Counted from the stretch's first letter, positions 10,023 through 21,791 are shown. The stretch is DNA of 64,000 bases from Rhizodiscina lignyota (GCA_010015805.1 ML978124.1:2480001-2544000); one strand, 5' to 3'. Numbers and translations are program-made. Notes: generated from the letters alone by a model not told the origin.

Positions 10023-11174
10023 CTATTTCTCGTACACCGTCCCTTCCGCTGCTCTCACAAGCTTAAGCTCCTCGTCCAATCTTTTGAAATGCGCCTCAGC
10101 AATGTGCATCGAAGTGGCATAGTTGAGTCGATGGCCACATCGTCTCCATTCGACATCCTCCGGGATCGAAACATCGAAACAACAACTACCCCAGCAATCG
10201 GACAGACGATAGATGACAGACCGCCAGGGGGTCTTTCTTCTCCTTCGATCAATTATGTTAAATATCGTCGGCGTTGCCATCTCATGAAAGACCTCTGCCT
10301 CCGTGAAGTACCGGCTCAGAGCGATGAAGTCGCCGAAATACTGGCGCGGGATGTAGTACATGTCGCTCCATCCTGTACAGTATTCTGGACTTCCCACATC
10401 ATATCCTTCGATGCCATTTGCGATGGCCCTGAGAGCCTTCCACATGCGCCCCTCGTTATCCTCGGGCGTTTGCAACCAGTGCCATTGCGGGTAGCGGCTC
10501 TTGTCCTTCATGCATACGTAGTATGGTGCCCCGTCCCCGACACCCATACTCGCACTGTCGAGAACCCAGATGCGCGTGAAGTCCATATCAAAGAACTTCA
10601 TCGGGTCGACCCACGCATCGAAGTGCATGAACCAAACGCCTGTGATGTTTTGTACGTGGCGGTCGCCTACGAAACCTTCAGGCCCTGAATGGCCGTCGTG
10701 AGTTGCCTCGATAGGTCCTTCGGAACTGGAATTCAGAATGGAGGCCATGAGATTTGCAACGCCTTGGTAGCCCGTCCAGAAGCTCCAATAGTTGTCATGT
10801 GTGATATTGAGGAAGTATTGCTCGCCCGAATCGACGACGTTATTCGGGTGAGAGATGTGTATTGTGTGAAAGAACGGCTCGTATTGCATCAGTAGTGGTA
10901 TCCTCTCCGGGTGTGCGTCGCTATTCAATCTAATATATGCCACAGTATTCTTGAATGGCGAGACATCTCTCCTCTCGCCGGGATTGTTATGCAAGTCGGG
11001 CCCGGATGGTGAAGGAGAGAGGGTGGACGATTCCCATGTCCGCCATACTTCGTCGTACTGCTTCTTAATGTTCGAGGAATCTTGCAAATAGATCACGATT
11101 ATGAGAGTGACAAGCAGAACGTAGAGATAAATGTTGTTGCGGTGAAGGCCGGATCTGTGGAATAAGGAACCCAT
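10023..11174 (-). CDS. Type II membrane putative glycosyltransferase, paralogue of the domain fused to the adjacent transporter
   Basis: Intronless 383-aa ORF with a short N-tail, one TM (IYLYVLLVTLIIVIYL), a S/P stem and a soluble domain with WFMHFDAW, GWSDMYYIPRQYFGDF, VFHEMATPTIF, DCWGSCC and RCGH. It aligns colinearly by eye with 9118-9933. Confidence 0.8.
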   Translation of the reverse strand: MGSLFHRSGLHRNNIYLYVLLVTLIIVIYLQDSSNIKKQYDEVWRTWESSTLSPSPSGPDLHNNPGERRDVSPFKNTVAYIRLNSDAHPERIPLLMQYEPFFHTIHISHPNNVVDSGEQYFLNITHDNYWSFWTGYQGVANLMASILNSSSEGPIEATHDGHSGPEGFVGDRHVQNITGVWFMHFDAWVDPMKFFDMDFTRIWVLDSASMGVGDGAPYYVCMKDKSRYPQWHWLQTPEDNEGRMWKALRAIANGIEGYDVGSPEYCTGWSDMYYIPRQYFGDFIALSRYFTEAEVFHEMATPTIFNIIDRRRRKTPWRSVIYRLSDCWGSCCFDVSIPEDVEWRRCGHRLNYATSMHIAEAHFKRLDEELKLVRAAEGTVYEK

Positions 11175-13022
11175 GTTGGACTAGTTACAAAAAGAAAATC
11201 AAAAGGAGAATTAGAAAGATACCGAATTGCCGGTGGTGCGTCTAAGAATCGCGAAAGACGCGAGCATGGATGCTGTGGAATGCATCTGCAATCCCTCGTT
11301 CGAGACCAGGGAGCAAGGAGATTGAGGCTGGCATTTGTATCTCAGACAATGAAAAGGCTTCCACCGGAGTTGTACGTGGTTATCGGGATCAACTGGATTG
11401 CATAACTTCGCTTCTCGAGCCGTTTGCTACCGTAAGGGATCATTTACGGTGGCGATGGGGCCCATCTCATCGGTTGAAGCCGCGGCCTGCTTTGATCGTC
11501 AACAACACTCTCAGAAGGATGTCGAGTGCTTTTAGTAAACTCCAATTTCAGCATCAGCTCTATAGTCAAGGAGATTTTCCATGCACCGAATTCAAGTTGA
11601 TCGAGCATATGGCAAGCTGTTGGTCGACGGTATTCAGGTCTGAAGACATTGAAGTGAAGTGACTTTGTTAGAGTTTTAGTTCATCGCCACCCGAAGCTCC
11701 ATTAACCTTATCACCCGGGCGTTGTAGCGTGAGAGTGAGACTGATCCATCTTCAAAGTCCAACGTCAAGGACCGCTTGATGTGTCGCAATTTAGGACATT
11801 TGTGGTTCGACAAACAAGAGGATTTGTGAAACCCAGTCTCAAAGTACATATTTACAGAAACCCTTCCCTAAGAAGGAGCCCCACACTTCTGCAACCGCGG
11901 AATGGGTGCTCGGCCCGTTCTTTGCTTTTGTGCTCGAAGCATATCCATAGTCCAGCATCGATTGCCCTACATATAACAAGGTCTGCCAGAGATGCCTGTC
12001 AGCAACGCAAACATACGAAAATTGTCGTCGTGCAGACGGTGATGCTCATCATCTTCAAGCGGCGCCCAGCCGTTGCGCCGAATGCCATCTCCGAACTGGT
12101 CGCTGCAGCAGCTTTGGATCATGTCCTTTCAAAACACAGATGAGACGATTCTCGAAGCCAACCATGACCAGTGTCTCGTACAGGCTCTAGATGCAAATCT
12201 GAACCTGATATTGGTATTATCTTGTAGCGGTTCCACAATGGAATCGATGGAGAGCTAATGGCCAAACCCATATTCTCCCTTCGTGTCTGACAATGGATTG
12301 GTGGGACTCGTATTTATCTATCAGGCTCATAGAGCATAAATATCCGACAGCAATATAGGATACCCTCCTCATCACTGTTGAAGTCATTCGCTAAAATAAT
12401 CATCGACCAGCACGGTACACTAAATCCAAGGTCTCATAGCTGCCGAGTATTAAGTTGTTGAAGGCTTTAATGTAGGTCTCTTTGCTCAGGCCTAAAGGAG
12501 AAATTCTTGAAGAATGAAACTAATCTAGTGCAATGTTACTAAATAAGGGATTTTGCCGGACAGTCTTTATACGATATGACGACTTCGATCTGTAACGACG
12601 ATAGAGTTTCGATGTGACGTTGGGTCTTGCTGCATTGACCAGGCTCTTTCGTAGTTTCTAGAAGCTCATTTCGATCGTCAGCACCTTGCGGGTGGATGTT
12701 CACATCACAACTCCTTAAACCGAAGAGGTAAACTATCATTTATCGATAGTTACAAAATCAATTCTGGCCTTTCGCGGCCTGGTATCATCGTGTAAAAGTG
12801 AATAAAAGAGGCCTCCCTGTAAAATAAATCCAACCGCCGCTTTTCCGAATCCCGAATCGGCTGTTTAACTGAAGCCATAAGCCTTAGCTCGCCGACAATT
12901 GGAGTAGTAATATCGTTAGAATCCCGGAACATAGCCGAAAAATGTTCATGAGTAAATCATGGATAAGAAGTAAGATCCTCCACTGCACTCCGGACACCTG
13001 AAATCCTCATCCGTACTCCATA

Positions 13023-16000
13023 TCACTCCGAATCATCGCCCAAGTCGATGAAATCCGGCATTCTCTCCTTCGCAGGTGTCTCCTGCCTCGCCAAGACAGG
13101 CTCTTGCGCGCTAACGCTCCTCAGCCTCTCTGTGGCTGGAGTCCTACTCGACATCCGCGAGTCCTTCGCTACCTCCTCCTTCGGCTTCCACTGCCCGTCC
13201 ATTTCAACAACAATAGCCCTTGTGTCTAGCGCATTCCTGTCTGCAAGCGCCCTGCGCACATCTACCAGAAACCCATCAACCACCAAATTCTGTGGTCTTG
13301 CATCCTCCTTGCAGATTGGACACGCCCACACATCAGGCTGGCTCACGACCGCTTCATTCGTATCCGGATCGTGGATGGTCTTGCGCGTCGCCAGGAACGT
13401 CTCAAGGTCGAAGCAGTCGCGGTGCCGGCATTTCAAGCCACGCACTGGGACATCGTAGATCGAGCATGCGGAGAAGGGGTCGAAGAGAGTGATGCTGAGG
13501 TTCGAGTCGATGATCGCGATGTCGTCGTCATCTGTCGATGGCGTAAGCGAAATCTTGATCGCATCGATGGACTGCTGTGCAGGGATGACAGCGGCGTCGA
13601 CGCACAGGCGGATTACGTCATGGGGCAGTGTTCTGACCATCTCGACGGCGAAGAGATACTGGAGTGGGGTAAGGTCAGTGGGAGGATAGTTGGCAGAGAC
13701 TTCAATTGTGTTTTTGCCCTCTTTGACGAATGGGGTGATGTCGATGGGTATGTCCTTGCCGTACGTTGACTTTTTCTTCTGTTCTGTCAAGTGTCCGTTT
13801 ACTTCAAAGTAGAGGTACGGCGGCCAGACGTTCTCGCCCATTGCCCATATGCTCTCGTCGTTTAGCACACCTTGCACTTTCCTGACGCAGCGAATACGGT
13901 ACGTGACCGCGTCGGGGAACATGTTACGGATGGGTGGCTCGCCACCTTCGGAAGGCATGTCCTGTGGTACTTGGGCGAAGACTTTAGCCGAGATTTCGAA
14001 GTCGCATGTCTTGATATATACGTTCTGGGGGAAGGCAAACGGAGCAAAAGCAAGGCCTGCCATGAACTGGTAGAGTTTTGGTTTGGTTGGCGAAGTGTTG
14101 TTCGCAGATAGCTCTCTTCTCTTCAAAGTCGGGCTGCGAAGGTGGGCGAGATGTAGTCCGCTTTTGTGGGGCTCAGGGACAAGTCGAAGTGCCTTTAGAT
14201 GGCCGACAGGAGGAAGTAGAGAGTTAGGAACAGACGGAGGAGGTTGCTGCTGAGAGGGTGCCTGCTGGTGATATACATGCAACTCTTCAGCGAGGTTTCT
14301 TTGTGCTGCAGTTTCCAGTGGTGCAGGCCACGGTTGCGGCGCGATAACCATCGTGTTCCACTGCTGAGCCGAACCTACCTGCGTCTGCACTTGTGCTGGT
14401 CGGAACATCGCCGCCGGGCCAGGAAGGACATGTTGTTGCGCCTGCGAGTTCTGCACTGGACCTGGTATCACACGTCCACCTTGTGGCTGGGCCTGTACTA
14501 GACTGTATGTGGAACGCATCGCATTTGAAGGGATCGGATGCGGATTGATCGAGACCGTCCCAGGGGGGAACATCCCAGGCGGCAGTTGCTGTCCAGGATT
14601 GCCAGTTGGGCTTGCGGGTTGTGAGAAGTTGTTGACTGGCATAACAGGCCGAACTGGATAGTTTGGGTCAAGTAATGGAGCGAGAGGACTGGTCTTCGGT
14701 TCAGCATTCAGGAGTGGATGTTCCTGATTATCTTGGTGAGAGCGTTGCAGGATTTGGTACTGTCGGATGTACCAGTGGTGAAACTCATCCACTAATGGTA
14801 CACTCATGCGACGGTTCGAATGCGCAGCAAGTATACGGTTCCACTCCTCTTGATTCTTCATGAATAGCTGTTCGGCCCTCCTGGACCAGCGGGATATACC
14901 CATTCCCCAGATGCAGCGTAAGATGGACAGGAAGACAACATTCTGAAGCACTGCCGAAGTGGCGCCAAGGATCTGCATGATTTCGTTCACTAGCGGTGGA
15001 TACTTTCGTTTTTGACATTCTATTCTGAACTTGTGCCAATTGACAACGATAAGAGTAGTGAACTTTCTGAAAGTCGAAAACTTGCTTTCAAACAAGCTCG
15101 GAGCAGATCGGGCAATCTCATGGAGCGGAGCAGGAAAGATTGTGAACCATCCAAGCACTCCTGAAGTGAGACTTTGATTCGGGGTGAGCAGAAAGTCCAG
15201 CGTCTCGCAAAGGGCTTGAAGTTGGGGTAATTCATGGATATACTGCGGTAGGGCGAAGTGATCAAAGGCTGCGAGGCAATATATCTGATGAGTCAAGAGG
15301 TATGTGATGTCTTGACGTTCGCTTGCCTGTCTTAGAAGGTTAATCCTCTGCTTCTCGAATTCACTAAGGGGCCGGATTCGATTATTGCTGGGACGGAGGA
15401 ACGAATCAATCTGTGCGATAAGCCGTTCTCGGTTGAACACTGCGTTCTGCTCGTGCTGCTGGAGCTGAGCCGGGACTGGACTCAATTGTGGGCTCACTTG
15501 TACGCGTGTGGGTGGACCAGACTGTCGCCGAAGATGCTGCGGGGGTTGTATTGGAGGTGGTACAGTTGGGCGATTGCTGGATGCTTGAGAGGCATGCTGC
15601 AAGTTTTGAGTTGACATCTGAGGCGCACTTGGGCGTCTACTTGGTACTTGAGGGGCGGGCTGTAAAGTTTGTATCGGGGGCCGAGGACCACTTGAGTATC
15701 TGATTGGTACTTGTGCAGATCGTTGCGGCCCATGAGACGTGGTAGATGAGATAGAAGGCCCATTGCCATGAGTAGTGGTAAATCGGGATTGCTCGTGCGC
15801 TTCTGGCGGACCTGGCGGCATAGAGCCCAGTGCAGAGCCTGGCTGCTGTAGCATTGGTCGACTTAGTTGATGACATGTACTTGCAGTATCCATGCTGCGA
15901 GATGGTTCTTGACGATACGCGTTTCCGACAACCTGTGCGCTACTGGTGCCTTGCGAGTGTCTAGAGCCAACATCATCATTATTGCCGGGTTCTTGGTATG

Positions 16001-16799
16001 TTTCTTCAAGATCAATTAAGATGGGCTCGTGAGCAGGCTCGGAAACAGGCGCAGGTTCTACTGCATCAATGGTGATTTGGCCCACCTTGGCAACAGTAGT
16101 TGGAGCTTCGGTCTGCCCGTCAGAATCAGTACGGCCATGATTCTCGCCACCTGCTGGCCACACTTCCGCATCGCCTGTCTCTTCTGAAAGATTGTGTATA
16201 TGTTGCATTAAACGTTGCCCATCGAGTCGAATCTGCTTAGACGGGGAAGTGGCCGGGTGCTCTCCAGGAGAGGCTGCGCGTTTAGGAGCTTGAGAGAGCG
16301 ACTTGGTGCGGCGTGTGATGTCGACCTCACTGGCCACGGTGGACGCATGTGCAGCATCTTCGCTCGTGCTTGGTGCAGGAGAAGGCAGGATGCTGCCCAG
16401 CACATTGTCTGCCTCTGCACTGTGCCTGCTACTCATGGTAGGGTTGGATCGCGAGGGAGGAGGCGGACTCGATTTCCGAGGAGCAAAGGAGTTTGGAAGC
16501 TGAGGAGAAGTGGAAGTCGAGGGCGTCTCGCGCGGAGCGACTCTGATCGTGTCATCTTCAGTCGGAGCTTGCCGTGACGTAGTTGTGGGTGGATTGCGCT
16601 GCTCTTGTTGTCGCCGCGGAGCAGGAGCATCACGTATTGCTGCTCTCGACGAAGGTGAAGAAGATGCTGCTGCTGCTCCACTCATCCATGACCTCGACTT
16701 GCCACCCAGGAACATGTTCAGAGTGGCATTGGAGGAGGCCAAGTGGTGTGCCACGGCTTGGTCCGACATATTGACGCTGGAGCGGCGGTGAGGAGACAT
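13023..16799 (-). CDS. MIZ/SP-RING zinc-finger protein (Siz/PIAS/Zmiz-related)
   Basis: 1258-aa ORF with a long P/Q/S low-complexity N-terminus. C-terminal SP-RING: ITLFDPFS..PVRGLKCRHRDCFDLETFL..WACPIC..LVVDGFL. Ends in a SIM-like FIDLGDDSE. Confidence 0.88.
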   Translation of the reverse strand: MSPHRRSSVNMSDQAVAHHLASSNATLNMFLGGKSRSWMSGAAAASSSPSSRAAIRDAPAPRRQQEQRNPPTTTSRQAPTEDDTIRVAPRETPSTSTSPQLPNSFAPRKSSPPPPSRSNPTMSSRHSAEADNVLGSILPSPAPSTSEDAAHASTVASEVDITRRTKSLSQAPKRAASPGEHPATSPSKQIRLDGQRLMQHIHNLSEETGDAEVWPAGGENHGRTDSDGQTEAPTTVAKVGQITIDAVEPAPVSEPAHEPILIDLEETYQEPGNNDDVGSRHSQGTSSAQVVGNAYRQEPSRSMDTASTCHQLSRPMLQQPGSALGSMPPGPPEAHEQSRFTTTHGNGPSISSTTSHGPQRSAQVPIRYSSGPRPPIQTLQPAPQVPSRRPSAPQMSTQNLQHASQASSNRPTVPPPIQPPQHLRRQSGPPTRVQVSPQLSPVPAQLQQHEQNAVFNRERLIAQIDSFLRPSNNRIRPLSEFEKQRINLLRQASERQDITYLLTHQIYCLAAFDHFALPQYIHELPQLQALCETLDFLLTPNQSLTSGVLGWFTIFPAPLHEIARSAPSLFESKFSTFRKFTTLIVVNWHKFRIECQKRKYPPLVNEIMQILGATSAVLQNVVFLSILRCIWGMGISRWSRRAEQLFMKNQEEWNRILAAHSNRRMSVPLVDEFHHWYIRQYQILQRSHQDNQEHPLLNAEPKTSPLAPLLDPNYPVRPVMPVNNFSQPASPTGNPGQQLPPGMFPPGTVSINPHPIPSNAMRSTYSLVQAQPQGGRVIPGPVQNSQAQQHVLPGPAAMFRPAQVQTQVGSAQQWNTMVIAPQPWPAPLETAAQRNLAEELHVYHQQAPSQQQPPPSVPNSLLPPVGHLKALRLVPEPHKSGLHLAHLRSPTLKRRELSANNTSPTKPKLYQFMAGLAFAPFAFPQNVYIKTCDFEISAKVFAQVPQDMPSEGGEPPIRNMFPDAVTYRIRCVRKVQGVLNDESIWAMGENVWPPYLYFEVNGHLTEQKKKSTYGKDIPIDITPFVKEGKNTIEVSANYPPTDLTPLQYLFAVEMVRTLPHDVIRLCVDAAVIPAQQSIDAIKISLTPSTDDDDIAIIDSNLSITLFDPFSACSIYDVPVRGLKCRHRDCFDLETFLATRKTIHDPDTNEAVVSQPDVWACPICKEDARPQNLVVDGFLVDVRRALADRNALDTRAIVVEMDGQWKPKEEVAKDSRMSSRTPATERLRSVSAQEPVLARQETPAKERMPDFIDLGDDSE

Positions 16800-17980
16800 G
16801 ATGCGACTCGTGCAGCGCTAGCAGCACACTATAAGCGATACTCGCCACGCTCAGCAGTGAAGCTATCCAATCCCCAATAATTCAGGTGTATGAGCAAAGG
16901 ATTGTGTTCAAGTGCGGGTCGGAGAAGTCTCATGTCTTTCCTCTCCGCGGACGCGGCGTAATTGTTTCACTGCTACACCTAGAGTCCCTGCCGGGTCGCG
17001 TTTGGACGGCAACCGGCGGTGAAGAAGAGAGGGAAGCGGCGTCCATGGGCGAGAGAAGATGGAGGATTGCATCTGAGAGAGAGTTGGGGCAGCGCGAACT
17101 TCTTTGTTCCCGCGAAACCAGGAGCTTCGGCGGCGCTGTATCGACGAGGTGAGGTGAGGTTGCACGCGAGGGAAAAAGCAAGGAAAGCCGCCGAACGCCC
17201 ACGCTCATTGGACGCCGGCTCTCCCCACATACATAGATGGACAGATTGCTAAATACTGCTATTCCAGCCTCGCTTCTAGCGCCGGCCTCTCGAAGAATGG
17301 AAGCGTCCATGCTCGCAGTGCACGCACGTTGGCTGTGCCAAAAGTAGCGGGCCCCAAGATGAGGATATCCGGGTGTCTCCTCCATTGGGCATGGGGTAAT
17401 ACGGCGCACAATATCGATGATTTGCCTTACACGCTCGTAGAGTGAGCATTGGCCGGGATGTGGCTGATATTGTGGTGTTCGTAATAGATACACGCGCCGC
17501 ATGCGGGCTAGCGGCGATGCGGCGCTTCGCTTCCTTCCCTGTGCTGCTGCTGGCCCAACCCAACCTCTCGTGCTGCAGTGCCAGCAATTCACTCTCTTCA
17601 TCCTCGCCCTTCCACCGCGACCGCCTGCACTCCTCCTCTCCGCACTCTGCCTGCTGCTCGCCCTCTCTATTTCCTTCTTGCTGCTCCCTCCCGACCGCTC
17701 GTGCGACGCCCCGCTCCACGTCCCGCCGGCTCCTAATCCCTGCCGAATTAAATCATCACTCACTCTGCTGAGTCTGCCACGCTTTACTCTCCATCTGCCG
17801 CCCTCTCAACCGCGCGCTCCCGAGCGAACGATCGCATTCACACTCCTCTGCAGCTGCTCGAGCTCCTCAACTCTTCACCCCTTTCACATGCGCCCAATTA
17901 TGGAAATTCCGAACCAACCGAGTTGATCCAATTGAACATATCAAGCCTCAGGTAGCCACTGGCAGTGGAAGTTCTGAAGG

Positions 17981-20900
17981 ATGGCCGCCAACAAGTCGCA
18001 GACCGCCCAGGCGCGACCTGGCGACATACTTCTAGTCATCCGTAAGTTTGGTTCTGGCTCTCGGAAAGCACCGCTGGGACGGGAGAGCCATCTTCAACTT
18101 CTATCTTCAAACGGGCAGAGCATTTACTTACGAGCCCGAAACGGCAGATGACTTCACTGCCAGAAGTCCAGACGAGCTTACTCTCGCTCGAGGAGATCGT
18201 ATAGAGCTGATAGAGCGCGATGACGACTTTGGCGATGGATGGTTCTTGGGAAAGCACATGGGCACTGGCGCGACTGGACTCTTCCCGGAAGGTCGGTTTT
18301 GTGTGCCTATTGAAGGCGCCCGATTGGTAGGCTGACGATTCTTATAGTTTATACAACGACTGCGCCCAAAGGTATACTTTCTGCTTCCCAATCAAAACGA
18401 CCCGTGCAGAGCAGTGCTCCTGCTATTGCCACGACAAACGGTGCTGCGACCGCAACAGAAAAGAGTGAACAGCCTCATACACCAGAACCAGACACTTCAC
18501 AGACACCAAGTGAACCGAATAGCGCTGTATCCGTGCGAGCGTCCGACTCTGCACTTCCCTCACAGATGCAGAGCTCCGAACCTCGCGGCGCATCTGCGCA
18601 AAGATCCTCCCTCCCTACAAATGCGCAGCGCATCAATACCTCACATTTCACGCCGATCGATAACAATATCACCAGTCCCGTCATGAACGAAACTTTGAGC
18701 GTAATAGAGGAGCATATTTCGGACATGGGCACACCTCGACACAGCATAGTAGGAAGAAGCCACCGCGGCTTTAGTGAGCCTGGTGCCGAGTATACAGCGC
18801 GAAGACTGTCCCATATAAACGGTGAAGAGACAGACGAGGAAGAAAACAGCAAAGTGACAGAAGAGGAGGTCCTGGCGTGGTCTGCCGACAGAGTCGCAGA
18901 ATATCTCGAAGATGTTGGCGTCGAGAAGAAGCATTGCGATGTCTTCAAAGAGCAGGAGATCACTGGGGAAGTGCTTCTGGGAATGGATCAGAGCTCAGTA
19001 TTCCTAAAAGAGTTCGAGCTTGGGCCCGTTGGACGGAGATTAAAGACTTGGCATAAAATCAGGCAATTGCAGATGGACGTAGGAGACATCAAAGGAGCGT
19101 CAGGCCGTAGCCTCTCCGATTACTCTGGCGCTGGGGCGTCTGCAGACCCTGTACGAGACCGAAGTGCATCAGCAGCTGGAACGCTGCCCCGAATTCCAAG
19201 CTTGAACGAGCACGATGAGCATCCTGCTCACAGTCGCACAGAGACTTTCAACAGCCAGTCACCGCAACCGCTCTTCCAGAACGAAAATGATGCCTCTACT
19301 GGAGCACAAATGAACCAACCTCGCCCCTCCGCAGCATCGATAAGGAGTTTGAATCACAACAGGCGCCACTCCTCCATAGATTACGCACAGGCGAGCCCAT
19401 CAAAGACCACGTCTCCCCAAATGATTCAGTCCGCCTCTCCAACAGGCATGTCACACCAAAAACAAAGTTCGTTCGATCGCACGTGGACAATGGGGAGCCA
19501 CAGGCCGTCTGTGTCAACAGGCAGCGCAAGCGGCAGACCCGTATCAACGCTTCATGGACACTCGACTGGCTCGGAGATGACTGCTACAACTGGCTCTACT
19601 TTGGAAAGCAGCAATGTCACCGTAGTTAGCTCGATAGACCTCGACAGAGGATATTTTTCGGGCAACGAAGCCGACAACCGAAAGAATAATCGCAACGTAC
19701 TGCGAAAGGGCCAGAGTCCCAGCCATTCGAGAGCACCGAGTTTCTCTTCGTTTAGAAGACGCAGTGGGAGTACCACACACTTTCGTGGCAATAGCAACGA
19801 CTCTGTGCACGACTCTGTAGGTCCCATGACGAGTCCTGGGTCCAAATCGTACTATGGTAGTAAGTTTAAATATCCGAAGCGAGCTGCAAGCGGACCGGAA
19901 CCTACTAGAACAACAGCGGCGCAAGACTACCCTCCTACCGTCACGAAGCTTGAATACAACAACGCGGGAAGCATTGATGCAATTGCATCATCACCGCATC
20001 TCATCGAGAGTGAGACGTCCTCACTAGACAAACCATCGCCAGTCAACCCTTCTACATCGACTCGCTCCTTCCCCAAAATGAGAATAACCGGCCTTCGCGC
20101 AATATCTGATGCCGTCACATCTGGCGAGAAAGACATCGTTACATCACCGGCCGACATGCCTCAAAAAGATTCTCCAATGCAGTCGCCTGTCCGCACAGGT
20201 TCCAGCACGCCGTCTGGCACGTCCAAATCTCTTGACATGGAAGATGCTCCAGCACCTGGTCTTGGGAAGACTCCAACTACCAGCTCTGGTGGCACACATC
20301 TCGGTCCTACACCTTCAGTCGCAGTACGGCGCAAGACGAAGAAAGCGACGTCCGCCTACACCCGCGGCCTGGAAAAGAAGACTCCGCAGGAGCAGATGCT
20401 GGGTTGTGACTACTCTGGGTGGATGAAGAAGAAATCAAGTAATGTCATGGCAACATGGAAGAGTCGGTTATTCGTGCTGAGAGGCAGACGGCTGAGCTAC
20501 TATTACTCGGAGAACGATACTGAAGAGAAGGGTCTCATCGACATCTCTTCACATCGCGTCCTCCCAGCGAACGACGAAAAGATCATCGGTTTCCACGCTA
20601 CCATCACAGGCGCAAAATCCCCAACCTCGCCACAGAATGCAATCACGCCGACGACAGCAGCGACCCAAGCGGCTGCCATGGCTGATGAACCTAATAGCCC
20701 CACGTCTGGCATCTTCATCTTCAAGCTTGTCCCACCTCGTGAAGGCCTCTCAAAAGCAGTCAATTTCACGAAGCCAACAGTGCATTATTTCGCTGTCGAC
20801 AATATCAAGCAAGGCCGACTGTGGATGGCCGCGCTCATGAAAGCTACGATCGATCGCGACGACACCATGCGTGTCATAACGACGTATAACCAAAAGACGA

Positions 20901-21118
20901 TTAGTCTGGCCAAGGCACGGGCGATGATGACGAGACCGCCAGCGCTGATGGGCGACGATAGTCCCGTCCCTAGTGGTGAGGGGTCGAGAGAGGGGAGTCA
21001 GAAGGGCTTGGGGTTATTGGGGTTGGGTGAGGAGAGAGAAGTAGAGGAAAACGGCGATGGGAGTTTGAGCGGTAGCGTAAAGGCGTCTTTGGAGTATTTG
21101 ACGAAAGCGGAGGTATAA
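17981..21118 (+). CDS. BOI2: Boi1/Boi2/Pob1-like polarity scaffold (SH3-SAM-PH)
   Basis: Exons 17981-18041, 18148-18291 and 18348-21118. SH3: LVIHDFTARSPDELTL..DGWFLG..GLFPEVY. SAM: WSADRVAEYL..FKEQEITGEVLL..GRRLKTW. PH: YSGWMKKKSS..WKSRLFVLRG..LWMAALMKA. Confidence 0.88.
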
Positions 21119-21762
21119 TTCCTGCAGCGACGTTGCAGTGCACACACTTCAAAACACTGCAAATACGACGACAGCGTTGATACCCAGGAGGAGGTTCTGG
21201 CAGTAGAGATGCAGGAAATGTTCATTTGTCACGACCATACCACATACTGACGACCACGATACGGAGCGGTGGGGATCTGTGAGCGATCCGTCTTTTTCTT
21301 TAAATCGAGTTTTGCGGGAGTGCGAAACTGCTACTTAACTGATATCCCCCCGGCCTTCGGGTTTCCTTTAGTCGAAACTGATCATGTCGTCATGCAATAT
21401 ATATGTAATCGTATCTAATGCATTGCACACTGCCACTATGGTGCATAAACCGAGTTTTATGTGTGTTGAATGGTGAACAACAAAGTGGTTGTTTCTGTTT
21501 CGCTGCTTCGTGAGTGGCTAAAAGATCGGAAGTGCATCCCGCTAGCTCTAAGTCACTTGACGTGCCGTGCACGTGATCTGCGCCCAAATGGCGAATGTGA
21601 AGGAGTTGGGTGTGGGTTAAACGGTTGATACGATGGCGTTTGACGGGCCATCAGCTTTCTTCCGCCGCGAGTGGGACCACTAACTTGCAGTCTAGCAGTG
21701 TTCTCCCTTTTGCTTCCGGATAGCAATTCCGGCCAATCAGGCCGTGGTATTCAGGTGCTCTT

Positions 21763-21791
21763 GATTGGTCGGAAAGAACATCCGACCAATC
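21763..21791. promoter_or_regulatory. Perfect 11-bp inverted repeat containing two CCAAT boxes and a CGG-N9-CCG arrangement
   Basis: GATTGGTCGGA-aagaaca-TCCGACCAATC, about 170 bp upstream of the bZIP ATG, with another CCAAT at 21733. Confidence 0.4.

Noticed and set aside
10089..10688. 199-aa plus-strand ORF
   Set aside because: Antisense shadow of the GT-like gene 10023-11174, whose reality is supported by paralogy.
16886..17930. Several 80-277-aa ORFs on both strands (e.g. 16930-17763 minus)
   Set aside because: Low-complexity R/S/G translations of the CT/GA-rich divergent promoter and 5' UTR region between the MIZ and Boi genes; no domain features.
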